Source: Candidatus Adlerbacteria bacterium RIFCSPHIGHO2_12_FULL_53_18 (GTDB taxonomy: Bacteria > Patescibacteriota > Minisyncoccia > Phycocordibacterales > SBAW01). From it: 60,495 nt of DNA. The notes below the pieces were generated by a model. The model was given only the letters and a program-made list of their open reading frames with translations, had not been told where the DNA came from and did not search any database. The position numbers were made by a program, and so were the translations under genes. Below are positions 9,852 to 19,872 of the stretch, in pieces; positions within the stretch are counted from its first letter, which is position 1, and each line of letters starts with the position of its first letter. Location: contig MEWW01000016.1 in assembly GCA_001775475.1 (NCBI GenBank), positions 1 to 60,495 on the forward strand. The letters run 5' to 3'.

Positions 9852-9992
9852 GTCTTTTTTGTAATGTCTTTTAAAGTCTTTTACTGTCTTTTAAAAATTC
9901 CTATCCGCCATGTAGGACACTTGTCCGTTAGAGTACGCTCTCCTCTTAATCGATGCAAGCCTCTGTCCACATGCTATGATGTGTGGTGACTT

Positions 9993-12200
9993 ATGGCGCG
10001 TAAAAACGGTAAAAAAGACAAGGGGTTACTGAACAATCCTGTAAGCGCGCTTCCGGCAGAAACAAAACGAGGGGTGCTCGTGGTGGCCTTAGTAACTGTC
10101 GGGCTCTTTCTCCTGCTTGCGGCGTTTGGCGTAGCGGGCGAGGTAGGGGGAGAGGCTTATGCATTTTTCTACAACCTGCTGGGGGTAGGGTACTTCCTCC
10201 TTCCCCTTCTATTTTTTGTACTCGCCGGAAGCGCACTGCGGCCGGATGTAGCGACCTTTACTCCATTTAAAATACTCGCGAGCGTGGCGTTTATTGTGGC
10301 AGGCCTGGGGTTTATGTCGCTCGTGGGAAACGGCGGCGGGATTATCGGGGCACTCATTGCAGAGCCATTGGTGGAATTTTTTGACATCTACGTTGCCGTA
10401 CTGGCCTTGGGCGGCTTGGCGCTTATGTCGCTCCTCGTGCTCCTCGAAGGTGGCATTCCGGTCGCCACCTTTGGAGAAATCGGCCATGTGATATTGGCAC
10501 CGTTTCGCCTCTTTAAAAAGAAGGACCCCTTTGCAGAAACTGTCATCTCCGGCGCGGAACTCGAAGGGCCGGTTGAGCCCATGGCAGAAGATGAAGATGT
10601 GGTCATCGCCCCTCCGACTAAAGACGCCATCGGTAGCGGTGCTCGCCCTGAACAAACCGCAATCTCCTTGGCGCACTTGCTTGGCGAGTATACGCCGCCG
10701 CCACTCTCGCTCCTTGAGCGTGACAAGGGCCGCCCGGGCGTGGGCGACATCAAGGCAAACGCTAATATAATTAAGCGAACCTTGCAGAACTTCGGCATTG
10801 TCGTAGAGCTCGATGAGATCTCAATCGGGCCATCAGTCACGCGCTATGCGATTAAACCAGCCGAAGGCGTACGGCTGCAGAAGATAGTTGCGCTCCAGCA
10901 AAACTTGGCGCTCGCACTTGCGGCCAAAGGCGGCATCCGGATCGAAGCACCGATACCGGGGAAGTCGCTTGTCGGCATCGAGGTTCCGAACTCCGCCAAA
11001 GTGACCGTGGGGCTCGGCACCTTGCTTGAGACAAAAGAGTTTACGGAGACGCACAAACCGCTTTTTGTGGCACTTGGACGAGATATTGCTGGCGGCTCGC
11101 ACTTTAGCAATATCGCTAAAATGCCGCACATGCTTATCGCCGGAGCCACGGGCTCGGGAAAGTCGGTCGCCATACACACGATTATCACGAGTTTGCTGTA
11201 TCGTTGTGGGCCATCTCAACTGCGATTTATTTTTATAGACCCTAAGCGCGTCGAGCTGACGCTTTATCGGTCGCTGCCACACCTCCTAACACCGGTTATC
11301 ACCGACGCAAAGCGCGCAATCATGGCGCTACGCTGGGCGGGCAAAGAAATGGAGCGCCGTTATAATATTTTGGAAGAGGAGCGCGTGCGCGATGTTGAGT
11401 CGTATCACCAAAATGTGCTCGCGCCGGCACTTGAAAACTTGCGCAAGCGCGGCGGAAAGCCCGAAGAAGGAGAGCGTGTGCCCGAGGCAATGCCCTACAT
11501 CGTCATCGTCATAGACGAGCTTGCGGATATTATGCATACCTTTCCGCGCGAATTAGAAGCGGCGGTTGTGAGGCTCGCACAAATGAGCCGCGCTATAGGG
11601 ATCCATCTCGTGCTCTCGACCCAGCGGCCGAGCGTGAACGTCATTACCGGTCTCATCAAAGCCAACATCCCCACGCGCGTAGCATTGCAGGTCGCTTCGC
11701 AGATAGACTCGCGCACGATACTCGACCAAGGCGGCGCCGAAACGCTGCTTGGCGCAGGCGACATGCTCTACCTCTCGGCCGAGATGAACAAGCCGGTGCG
11801 CCTCCAGAGTGCGTTCATCAGCGAAGTGGAGGTAAAGAAAATTGTCGACTTTATCGCCAAGCACAACGAAGCGGAGCTGCCGATTGAGATAGGCGCGAGC
11901 AGTGCAGGAGAGGGGGGAAGTCCCTCCACTCCTCTCGCAACCGGTGGCAGCTTTGGTGACGAGGAGGAAATCGACGATGACATGTACGAAGCCGCGCGCG
12001 CAACGGTCCAAGAGGCAGGTAAGGCCTCAACCTCTTACATCCAAAGGAAGCTGCGGGTCGGCTATGCGCGCGCGGCGCGGCTTGTCGACATGCTCGAGGA
12101 GCGCGGCGTTGTCGGCCCCGCAGACGGCGCCAAGCCGCGCGAGATTTTGGACAAGGGTACCGCGCCGCCGCCTGTCGGTGAACCCGAGTCAACGCCATGA
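9993..12200 (+). CDS. ftsK: DNA translocase FtsK
   Basis: N-terminal TM helices, IRIEAPIPGK, MPHMLIAGATGSGKS, TQRPSVNVITGLIKAN, gamma domain QRKLRVGYARAARLVD. Confidence 0.98.
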   Translation: MARKNGKKDKGLLNNPVSALPAETKRGVLVVALVTVGLFLLLAAFGVAGEVGGEAYAFFYNLLGVGYFLLPLLFFVLAGSALRPDVATFTPFKILASVAFIVAGLGFMSLVGNGGGIIGALIAEPLVEFFDIYVAVLALGGLALMSLLVLLEGGIPVATFGEIGHVILAPFRLFKKKDPFAETVISGAELEGPVEPMAEDEDVVIAPPTKDAIGSGARPEQTAISLAHLLGEYTPPPLSLLERDKGRPGVGDIKANANIIKRTLQNFGIVVELDEISIGPSVTRYAIKPAEGVRLQKIVALQQNLALALAAKGGIRIEAPIPGKSLVGIEVPNSAKVTVGLGTLLETKEFTETHKPLFVALGRDIAGGSHFSNIAKMPHMLIAGATGSGKSVAIHTIITSLLYRCGPSQLRFIFIDPKRVELTLYRSLPHLLTPVITDAKRAIMALRWAGKEMERRYNILEEERVRDVESYHQNVLAPALENLRKRGGKPEEGERVPEAMPYIVIVIDELADIMHTFPRELEAAVVRLAQMSRAIGIHLVLSTQRPSVNVITGLIKANIPTRVALQVASQIDSRTILDQGGAETLLGAGDMLYLSAEMNKPVRLQSAFISEVEVKKIVDFIAKHNEAELPIEIGASSAGEGGSPSTPLATGGSFGDEEEIDDDMYEAARATVQEAGKASTSYIQRKLRVGYARAARLVDMLEERGVVGPADGAKPREILDKGTAPPPVGEPESTP

Positions 12201-12550
12201 AGCGCATATTGCTAGCAGCTCTCGTCCTCGGCAGTATTGGCGGTATTATTGGTTATGGGTTCTTTGAAGCGCGGCGGCTTCTGGAGGGCCCGTCGATAAC
12301 AATCCTCTCACCCGAAGACGGTAGCAGGAGTGCAGAGCCGCTCCTCACGATTGAGGGAGTGGCGCGCAACATTTCGTTCTTGACTATTAACGACAAGCCG
12401 GCCCTAACAGACGAGTGGGGGCACTTTACGAAAAAAATGACGCCGCCGCCGGGCGCCAACGTCGTAGTGGTACAAGGAGTAGACCGCTTCGGCCGGCGCA
12501 CGTCAAACGATGTCCGCATTACTATGCTAAACTTTTGTCCTATAACCTGA
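12197..12550 (+). CDS. Small membrane-anchored Ig-like domain protein
   Basis: N-terminal TM helix, then [12 protein letters not shown]...IEGVA...LTIND...[14 protein letters not shown]. Confidence 0.65.
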   Translation: MKRILLAALVLGSIGGIIGYGFFEARRLLEGPSITILSPEDGSRSAEPLLTIEGVARNISFLTINDKPALTDEWGHFTKKMTPPPGANVVVVQGVDRFGRRTSNDVRITMLNFCPIT

Positions 12551-12557
12551 CACACCC

Positions 12558-13625
12558 ATGAGCCCAAAAGAAAAAAAGTCATCGGCGCCCGCAGCATCAA
12601 AAGACTCCGCCGCAATAGACGCGGCTATCAGGGAAATTAAGACCAAGTTCGGCGACGAGGCGATTATGAAGTTGGGTGACGCACCAAAGGTAGACATTGA
12701 CGTTATACCCTCTGGTTCAATCGGACTTGATTGGGCACTCGGGATCGGCGGCTACCCGCGCGGGCGCATAATTGAAATCTTCGGCCCTGAATCTTCCGGC
12801 AAAACGACACTTACCCTCCACGCTATTGCTGAAGCACAAAAAAAGGGCGGGGTATGCGCGTTTATCGATGCCGAACACGCGCTCGACCCCGAGTATGCCA
12901 AGCGCATCGGCGTTAACATCTTCAACCTCCTAGTCTCGCAGCCGGACACCGGGGAGCAGGCACTCGAGATTGTCGAGAGCTTGGTTAGAAGCGGCAAGAT
13001 CGACCTCATCGTCATCGACTCGGTGGCGGCGCTAACTCCAAAAGACGAAATAGAGGGGGAGATGGGTTCCGCTCAAATGGGGAAGCATGCGCGGCTTATG
13101 TCCCAGGCACTTCGCAAACTAACTGCAATCACCTCGAAATCAAAGACGCTTATTATTTTTATCAACCAGATCCGAATGCAGATAGGGATGATGTTCGGTA
13201 ATCCGGAGACAACTACGGGAGGGAAGGCCCTCAAGTTTTATACGAGCGTGCGGCTCGACATTCGACGCATTGCACAAATTAAAAAAGGAGAAGAAGTTGT
13301 TGGCGGCCGGCACCGCATCAAAGTCGTTAAGAATAAGATTGCAGCACCGTTTAGAACAACCGAGTTTGACCTGCTCTACAATGAAGGAATATCTCGGGAG
13401 GGAGAGATTATCGCTCTCGGAGAGCGTCTGGGAGTTATCCACAAGTCGGGTTCTGCCTACTCATATGGCGAAGAAAAGCTTGGTCGCGGCTACGACGCCA
13501 CTCGTACGTACTTGCGGGAAAATAAGAAAATCGCCAACGACATTTTGCGCGAGGTTAAAAAAGGCCTTGCCGAACACGGGTCAGGCAAAAGCGCGGCCGC
13601 CGCGCAGGGCGGGAGTGACGAGTGA
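12558..13625 (+). CDS. recA: Recombinase RecA
   Basis: [41 protein letters not shown]. Confidence 0.99.
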   Translation: MSPKEKKSSAPAASKDSAAIDAAIREIKTKFGDEAIMKLGDAPKVDIDVIPSGSIGLDWALGIGGYPRGRIIEIFGPESSGKTTLTLHAIAEAQKKGGVCAFIDAEHALDPEYAKRIGVNIFNLLVSQPDTGEQALEIVESLVRSGKIDLIVIDSVAALTPKDEIEGEMGSAQMGKHARLMSQALRKLTAITSKSKTLIIFINQIRMQIGMMFGNPETTTGGKALKFYTSVRLDIRRIAQIKKGEEVVGGRHRIKVVKNKIAAPFRTTEFDLLYNEGISREGEIIALGERLGVIHKSGSAYSYGEEKLGRGYDATRTYLRENKKIANDILREVKKGLAEHGSGKSAAAAQGGSDE

Positions 13626-13901
13626 AATCGCGGCAAACGCACCTAACACAACCGCAAGTTGCACGACAAGGGTCGTACTAAGCAAAGCAGAAAAGACAAA
13701 AAGCGCGACGTTCCCTACCCCGCCCTCCGCAACCTTGACAAAATTTTCCGCAATGCTGGGGAGCGAAACAAACGCTGCGAGACTCGCCCCCGAAAACACG
13801 AGCGCGTAGAACTTGAGCGCGGTAACGCTCATGAGTTTCCGTGCGGTGTAAATAACCGCAACATTTCCCATCACCCGCTCTTCAATACTTGGCTTAGTCA
13901 T
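13581..13901 (-). CDS. Small two-TM membrane protein coupled to the ECF sigma gene (possible anti-sigma)
   Basis: 4-nt overlap with the sigma gene stop; hydrophobic segments. Confidence 0.55.
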   Translation of the reverse strand: MTKPSIEERVMGNVAVIYTARKLMSVTALKFYALVFSGASLAAFVSLPSIAENFVKVAEGGVGNVALFVFSALLSTTLVVQLAVVLGAFAAISLVTPALRGGRAFA

Positions 13902-14488
13902 ACGTTGGTATTAATCGACTTATAAATTTTTGCAAACTCCCGCTTGGCGCGGTGAACACGAGTCTTAACGGCCCCGACGGAAACCCCTTCAGCCCGTGCT
14001 ATCTCTTCCTGCGACTTCCCTTCCAAAAAGAAGCTCGAGAGTGCTTTGGCAAACAGCGGTGGCATGCGCACCAGGACCGAAGCTACCAGGTCTTGAAACT
14101 CTGCTCTTTCGAACTGGCGCAGGTTCTTGTCAGGGATTAAGTTCCAAATCTCTTCGTCGAGCGCTGCCGTGTGCTCTCCCCTCCTCTTGCGCTTCATATA
14201 GTGCGTAAGCGCGGTGTTGATGAGGATCCGGTATCCCCACGAAGAGAACGAGGCACCTTCTTGCGGAGCAAACTTCTTGGCGTTGAGGTAAATTTTCGTG
14301 AAGGCCTCTTGCACAATGTCCTCAGCCTCTTCCCGCTCCCGCACAATAGAGAGCGCCTTGCGCAGAAACGCCGCCTCATACCTGCGTACAAGCTCTGCAA
14401 AGAGGCTGGGGTGCGCCACAGATGCCGCAAGCAGCTCCTCATCAGGGTATTGCTCCTCGGCCTGCTCTAAAGAGAGATACGACATCAT
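13898..14488 (-). CDS. ECF RNA polymerase sigma factor
   Basis: EAEDIVQEAFTKIY, FSSWGYRILIN (region 2); GKSQEEIARAEGVSVGAVKTRVHRAK (region 4). Confidence 0.95.
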   Translation of the reverse strand: MMSYLSLEQAEEQYPDEELLAASVAHPSLFAELVRRYEAAFLRKALSIVREREEAEDIVQEAFTKIYLNAKKFAPQEGASFSSWGYRILINTALTHYMKRKRRGEHTAALDEEIWNLIPDKNLRQFERAEFQDLVASVLVRMPPLFAKALSSFFLEGKSQEEIARAEGVSVGAVKTRVHRAKREFAKIYKSINTNV

Positions 14489-14529
14489 GTTTCTACTCTA
14501 TCACCGCCTCACCCCTATTAACAATATGA

Positions 14530-14997
14530 ATGCGGCCAAGGTTACGAGGCGGTATACTGAATGATGTGAGTTTTGTAGCCAAACGAGTCTTCCCCGCTCT
14601 AGCGGTCTTCTTTTTTATTACTGCGGCCATCACCGTACTCGACATTGCAAGCCACATACAGGAGTTCAGTGTTATACCGTGGCTCTTTATAGGGTACGCC
14701 AGCCTCAACGTCATGCGGGGAATTGGGTTCCTTAACCGCGAGCGTTGGCTGCTCTACTTCTTTACCCTACACGCCGTCGCCACCACCGTACTTGGCATTG
14801 TAAGCACGATGCTAGGCACCTCACCGGGGCTTCTTCCCATCAGTGTGAATATCGTACTTTCATGGGCCTTGTGGGTGCTACTATTTACTACGAGGCATGA
14901 GCTCACACAGTCCAAGTGGAGCATACTTGAAGCGGTAGTTGCATTTGTCATTTGGCTCCTCGTGTTCACCTCCACTGCTACACAACTGCTTATTTAA
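14530..14997 (+). CDS. Hypothetical multi-TM membrane protein
   Basis: About five hydrophobic segments; fills the intergenic gap; start uncertain. Confidence 0.55.
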   Translation: MRPRLRGGILNDVSFVAKRVFPALAVFFFITAAITVLDIASHIQEFSVIPWLFIGYASLNVMRGIGFLNRERWLLYFFTLHAVATTVLGIVSTMLGTSPGLLPISVNIVLSWALWVLLFTTRHELTQSKWSILEAVVAFVIWLLVFTSTATQLLI

Positions 14998-15013
14998 TTA
15001 ATCAAAAATCATT

Positions 15014-15724
15014 ATGTATGCGCTTTTAGAAAGACCGGTAGTGCGAGGGACGCTTGCATGCTTGGTAGTTGTGTCGCTTCTGTTGGTGCCGATGCATCAG
15101 CCGGCGCAGGGGAAGCCCGTGATACAGGTTATCATTGTGGCAATTGGTTTCGGTCTGATAGGTGTCGGCGTCGCATGTCTGACGCAATGGCTCGATATCT
15201 GCAAGGATGGCGGAGGTAAGAAGGGCGGAGGCGGGGGTGGAAATAATGATGATGACAATGGGGATGGAGGGGGCGGGGGTGAAAATAATGATGACGACAA
15301 TGGGGATGGAGACGGGAACGGAAACAACGTCCCTATTCAATGCGGACTATCAAATATAAACGGGTGTGGCATGCAAGAGCCGCGTACTACATTCCCAGGC
15401 GTGGCTTGCGACCTCTCTCCTATACCAAACAGTCAGTGCCCTGTGCCGGTTATAGGCGAAGCGGACTTTTACGCAGACCCGGACCGCGTGAGGTCGGGAA
15501 ACACAACCCGCCTCTATTGGGAAGTATCTAATGCGACCGTGTGTTCTCTCACGGGCGGCGGTCTTAACCTCCTTTCACTCTTGGACGAAGGCGCGCAAGA
15601 AACTAACGACATAACGGCTGCCACGACCTTTACGCTTACTTGTTCAAACGGCTCTGCAGTCGACAGTCCCAAAGCTTCACAGCAAACAAACGTTACCCTT
15701 ATTCCGTCGTTCCAGGAAATTTAA
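15014..15724 (+). CDS. Secreted/membrane protein with G/N/D-rich repeat linker, Cys-rich segment and Ig-like C-terminus
   Basis: Two N-terminal hydrophobic stretches; (G)nNNDDDNGD x2; FYADPDRVRSGNTTRLYW...C...TTFTLTC. Confidence 0.7.
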   Translation: MYALLERPVVRGTLACLVVVSLLLVPMHQPAQGKPVIQVIIVAIGFGLIGVGVACLTQWLDICKDGGGKKGGGGGGNNDDDNGDGGGGGENNDDDNGDGDGNGNNVPIQCGLSNINGCGMQEPRTTFPGVACDLSPIPNSQCPVPVIGEADFYADPDRVRSGNTTRLYWEVSNATVCSLTGGGLNLLSLLDEGAQETNDITAATTFTLTCSNGSAVDSPKASQQTNVTLIPSFQEI

Positions 15725-17144
15725 ACTCTCCCCTGAGCACCCCTTGCTCTCCGTACTCGAGTGATGCGAGGAGGTTGCCTTCCGCGTCAATGAGCGCAGA
15801 GGGGCCGTATACGGTAGCCCGTATGACTGGCTTTTGGTAGCGCGCGGCGTAGTACTGAGCCGCGGCTAAGCTAAAATTTGCGACGAGCGATCCCGGAAAG
15901 AACGAATCGTCGCCGACCGCAATAAGTAACTCGGTGTTCTTCCTCTCGGCCGGAGTAAGGGTTCTGCTATGCAGTTCGGAACAAATAAGACCACTTACCC
16001 CTACTCCTTGTACCACAAGGGTGTCGCCCCGCTCTCCCGCAGCGATATCGTATGTCCCTCGAGCAATACCTGCGCCCCTCATCCACTCCGGCACATAATC
16101 TGAAAACAGATATAGTTTCTGTTTTTGATACACAGCCTTCTCCTCTGCTCGCCAAAAGGCATACTCGTCGTAGAGACTGCCCCCTTCTGCAAGAGTGTTC
16201 CAAATCATAACGGTAGTGGAGGTGGGCACAGTGCGAGCAAACCACGCACCCACGGCCTCGTCGCGTGCTACGTCTTGTATGCCGGCAATTATAGGAGGCT
16301 CTCCACGGTATACCACGCCCTCAACCGGCGAGAAGGGGTAGATAACTAGGTCGGTACTCGAAGCTGCCTCAGTAATGATTCGCTCCAGCTCCGGAGCAAT
16401 AAAAATACCCTCAACCTCATTGCCATACGGAAGCTCCTGTACAGACACGGGGGCTGGCTGGATAAGCGCCACGGCAAGTGGTTGTGTGGCCATGCTACTA
16501 CTCTCCCGAGAACTCATGAGAAGTGCGACCGAGAGCACCGAGACAAGTGCGGCAAAACCTACCCACAATGCCGTTGTGGTTTGTTTGTAGTAGGCGGCAC
16601 GTACGCCTTCGGTAATAAGTGCATTGACGAGCATCACAAAACAGGAGACGAGAAGTGTGCCACCCACAGAGACGATCAGTCGCGCTACCGGCAGTGCAAC
16701 AACTGCATGGGCGAGCGAGCCAAAGTAGTACCCGCCGAATACCCACATGAGGATGCTTTCAACTACGCAATAGAGCCCCGCAGCGACAATGGGCCACACT
16801 GCATACATGCGGAGGCTCGCGCTATGCAGGAGGTAAACCACAGCACCGAACAAGGCCGCAATCGCGGCAAGCGTCGGAATGCTGCTGAGTTGCACCGCTA
16901 CGGTGAAAAGCAGCGAGTGTGGGAAGAGGACAACGTGTACGAGAGAAAAATAGACGAGCGGGCCTATACCCAAGATACCCACCTGGGCGCCACCTAAAAG
17001 AAGTTCGCGCCGAGTACGCGCAGGATCAAGTACAAAATAAAAAAGAGGCACCAGCGCTACAAACGCGAGCCACCAGAAATAAAACGGGTAGAACACAAGT
17101 GCAAGAAGCACGCCCGAGAGTGCGGGTAAAGCATAAAAGCGCAT
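15699..17144 (-). CDS. lnt: Apolipoprotein N-acyltransferase-like protein
   Basis: LSGVLLALVFYP, WLAFVALVPL, VALIQP, YQKQKLYLFSDYVP, LICSEL, VIRATVYGPSALID. Confidence 0.85.
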   Translation of the reverse strand: MRFYALPALSGVLLALVFYPFYFWWLAFVALVPLFYFVLDPARTRRELLLGGAQVGILGIGPLVYFSLVHVVLFPHSLLFTVAVQLSSIPTLAAIAALFGAVVYLLHSASLRMYAVWPIVAAGLYCVVESILMWVFGGYYFGSLAHAVVALPVARLIVSVGGTLLVSCFVMLVNALITEGVRAAYYKQTTTALWVGFAALVSVLSVALLMSSRESSSMATQPLAVALIQPAPVSVQELPYGNEVEGIFIAPELERIITEAASSTDLVIYPFSPVEGVVYRGEPPIIAGIQDVARDEAVGAWFARTVPTSTTVMIWNTLAEGGSLYDEYAFWRAEEKAVYQKQKLYLFSDYVPEWMRGAGIARGTYDIAAGERGDTLVVQGVGVSGLICSELHSRTLTPAERKNTELLIAVGDDSFFPGSLVANFSLAAAQYYAARYQKPVIRATVYGPSALIDAEGNLLASLEYGEQGVLRGEFKFPGTTE

Positions 17145-17193
17145 ATCATACATATTACCTCGACAGCTGCCTTTTTTTGTATACAATGCACAA

Positions 17194-17763
17194 ATGCTTG
17201 AATACAACGAAATTCTTCCTAAAAAGATAATCCTCCTCGACGGAGAGCCGTATGAAGTGATAGACGCGCATGTCTTTCGCAAACAGCAACGAAAGCCGGT
17301 TAACCAGACGAAGTTGCGCCACTTCATCACGGGCCGCATCACCGAGCAAGCTTTTCATGTTTCGGAAAAAGTGGAAGAGGCGGACCTCTCTACGAAACCC
17401 GTTAAATTCCTTTATCAAAATCGCGGTCAATGGTGGTTTTGCTCCCCTACTAACCCAGCGGAGCGTTTTGAACTCCCTGAAGCAACCGTTGGTCCCCAGG
17501 GCCAGTTTCTAAAGCCAAACAGCGTCATAGATGCCTTAGTGTTCGACGAAAAGATAATCGCGCTTAAAATCCCCATCAAAGTAGAACTCCTGGTCAAAGA
17601 GGCGCCGCCCGCAGTGCGCGGCAACACCGCCCAAGGCGGCACTAAACAAATTATCCTTGAGACCGGTGCCGCTGTTAACGCGCCCCTATTCGTCAACGAA
17701 GGCGATATTGTGCGGGTAAATACCGAGCTCGCCAGCTACGTCGAGCGCGTAGACAAAAAATAG
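17194..17763 (+). CDS. efp: Translation elongation factor P
   Basis: PAVRGNTAQGGTKQIILETGAAVNAPLFVNEGDIVRVNT. Confidence 0.95.
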   Translation: MLEYNEILPKKIILLDGEPYEVIDAHVFRKQQRKPVNQTKLRHFITGRITEQAFHVSEKVEEADLSTKPVKFLYQNRGQWWFCSPTNPAERFELPEATVGPQGQFLKPNSVIDALVFDEKIIALKIPIKVELLVKEAPPAVRGNTAQGGTKQIILETGAAVNAPLFVNEGDIVRVNTELASYVERVDKK

Positions 17764-17961
17764 TTATCGAACAATATACGGCAAAAGTGCCATAAAGCGC
17801 GCGCGCTTAACGGCGGTTGCAAGTGACCGCTGGCCGGCGGCAGAGAGGCCCGTGCGGCGGCGCGGCATAATCTTGCCATGCGGATTAAGAAAGCGTTTTA
17901 GCGTCTCGATGTCTTTGTAATCGATGTGGCTAATTTGAATGTTTGCTGAGTCAGGTTGCAT
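17764..17961 (-). CDS. rpsR: 30S ribosomal protein S18
   Basis: [26 protein letters not shown]...[13 protein letters not shown]. Confidence 0.97.
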   Translation of the reverse strand: MQPDSANIQISHIDYKDIETLKRFLNPHGKIMPRRRTGLSAAGQRSLATAVKRARFMALLPYIVR

Positions 17962-18001
17962 AAAAGTTATTGATTGCTCTTTAATTTGTTCTAAAATAAA
18001 T

Positions 18002-18454
18002 TTAGAATGGTATATCGTCTGGGTTAATATCCTCTTCCGGATACTCTATCCCCTCCTCTTTAGGAGCGCGCTGCCCCTCGACTTTGCTCGGGGTAAACGG
18101 ACCTTCGTCACCTTGCCGTGAGCCTGTCGAACGGGGGCCAAACTGCACGCGCTCGGCGACAATTTCGGTGCGATACTGCTTGCCTTTTTCCGGACTCTCC
18201 CAGCTCCTGGTTTGTATCCGGCCTTCGACAAACACTCCTGCCCCCTTTTTGAGGTACTGCGAGACCGTTTCCGCCTGCCGGCCAAAGACAACTACGTTGT
18301 GGAACTCGGTGCTCTCCTGCTTGCTGCCGTCGGCCTTTTTAAACACGCGGTTGGTTGCCAAGCCAAACGATGCGACGTGCCCGCCTGAAGGGAGCGCTCG
18401 CAGCTCTGGGTCGCGCGTGAGGTTACCGAAGAGAAATGCTTTGTTGATGTACAT
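18002..18454 (-). CDS. ssb: Single-stranded DNA-binding protein
   Basis: [22 protein letters not shown] tail. Confidence 0.98.
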   Translation of the reverse strand: MYINKAFLFGNLTRDPELRALPSGGHVASFGLATNRVFKKADGSKQESTEFHNVVVFGRQAETVSQYLKKGAGVFVEGRIQTRSWESPEKGKQYRTEIVAERVQFGPRSTGSRQGDEGPFTPSKVEGQRAPKEEGIEYPEEDINPDDIPF

Positions 18455-18459
18455 ACCTG

Positions 18460-18999
18460 TTAGTTTACCAGAGCGTCGATGCTCTTGGTCAACTCTTCGT
18501 CCGACACTTCGCCCGGCGTCTCGGGGGCTGTTGCTGGCTTCTTGATGGTTTCGCCCTCGAGACGATTGGAGGAGTAGACAGCACGGCGCGCGATAATCGG
18601 CTCTTCGCGCGTGGTTTCAATAAGGAGGTAACGCAAAATGTCTTTTGCGCTGCGCAACTGCGCCTCGAGTGCCGCGACATGCTCGCGCTCTGCAGCAAAC
18701 TTGATGAAGCCGAAGTAAGATTCCGTATACTTCTCGCGCTTTCCTGCCGCCGAACGTTCGATAGTGTAGGCGAGCGTCATTTTTTGTGGGAACTGATCCC
18801 TGATTATTTCCGCCTTGACCTCTGCGAGGACGGCACGAATAGTCTCCACCACATCGCCTACTTTTACCTCTTCTACCGTAGGCACGACATGAAAGCCGAC
18901 CTCGTAGACGGGGCGCGTGCCCTCCGTAGCTTGAGCGGAGGAGGGGCTGTTGTTCGCTTGGGATGAGGTCTCGGCTGAGACCTGCGACATTTCTGCCAT
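18460..18999 (-). CDS. rpsF: 30S ribosomal protein S6 with N- and C-terminal extensions
   Basis: YEVGFHVVP, LAYTIE, DILRYLLI; rpsF-ssb-rpsR order. Confidence 0.92.
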   Translation of the reverse strand: MAEMSQVSAETSSQANNSPSSAQATEGTRPVYEVGFHVVPTVEEVKVGDVVETIRAVLAEVKAEIIRDQFPQKMTLAYTIERSAAGKREKYTESYFGFIKFAAEREHVAALEAQLRSAKDILRYLLIETTREEPIIARRAVYSSNRLEGETIKKPATAPETPGEVSDEELTKSIDALVN

Positions 19000-19025
19000 G
19001 CGGGCACTATACTACAGCTTTTAAA

Positions 19026-19838
19026 TTAGTGCAACCCAAAAAGACGTTGTGAATTAAGGAGAATTTGGCTTCTTGCCTCTTCTTCCCCTACCCCTTTTAT
19101 TTCTGCAATCTTTTTAACTATGTGCGGAATATGCATCGGCTCGTTGCGTTTACCGCGATACGGAGCGGGTGTGACATAGGGTGCATCGGTTTCGGTCAGC
19201 AACATGTTAAGCGGCGTGTTTTTTACTACCTCGTCGTAGTCGTGGGTAAAGGTAATAACACCCGTAAATGACAGAGTGAAACCGAGATCTAAAAACTGTT
19301 TAGCTTCCTCCCAACTTCCAGCAAAAAAGTGTACATCCCCCTGCACCTTTGCATGTGTTTTCAAAACTTCCAGTGCGTCGCTATATGCCTGACGGATATG
19401 GAGCATCAGCGGCTTTCCTACCTTGTTCGCAAGCTCAATTTGAGCGACAAAGTTCTCTATCTGCAGCTTCTTCGTCGCTTCGCCCTGCCGGTAGTAGTCG
19501 AACCCGCACTCACCTATCGCAATCACTTTCGGATGTTGCGCCAGGGCCTCATACTTCGCACCATCAAACTGTTCGCCGCGAGAGGTAAACTCCTTGCCGC
19601 CCTCCCCAAGCTCTTTTGCATCATGGTACGACTTACTGGTGTGTATTGGGTGGAGGCCTATGGTTGCCCACACATCATCATATTTTTCTGCCATAGCCAC
19701 CGCGGCAACCGAAGTGTCGTATTGGGTGCCAACTATATTCATCCCCACCTCTGCTTCCTGTGCGCGCTTAACAACCTCATCGGCGTCGTCTTTAAACGCC
19801 ACAAATTGCACATGTGTATGCGCGTCGAAATACTTCAT
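19026..19838 (-). CDS. tatD: TatD-family deoxyribonuclease
   Basis: FDAHTH, IGLHP, IAIGECGFDY, LLTETDAPY, RGKRNEP. Confidence 0.95.
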   Translation of the reverse strand: MKYFDAHTHVQFVAFKDDADEVVKRAQEAEVGMNIVGTQYDTSVAAVAMAEKYDDVWATIGLHPIHTSKSYHDAKELGEGGKEFTSRGEQFDGAKYEALAQHPKVIAIGECGFDYYRQGEATKKLQIENFVAQIELANKVGKPLMLHIRQAYSDALEVLKTHAKVQGDVHFFAGSWEEAKQFLDLGFTLSFTGVITFTHDYDEVVKNTPLNMLLTETDAPYVTPAPYRGKRNEPMHIPHIVKKIAEIKGVGEEEARSQILLNSQRLFGLH

Positions 19839-19872
19839 ATCTTATTCTGATATTCTTGAGAATTTGAGAATG

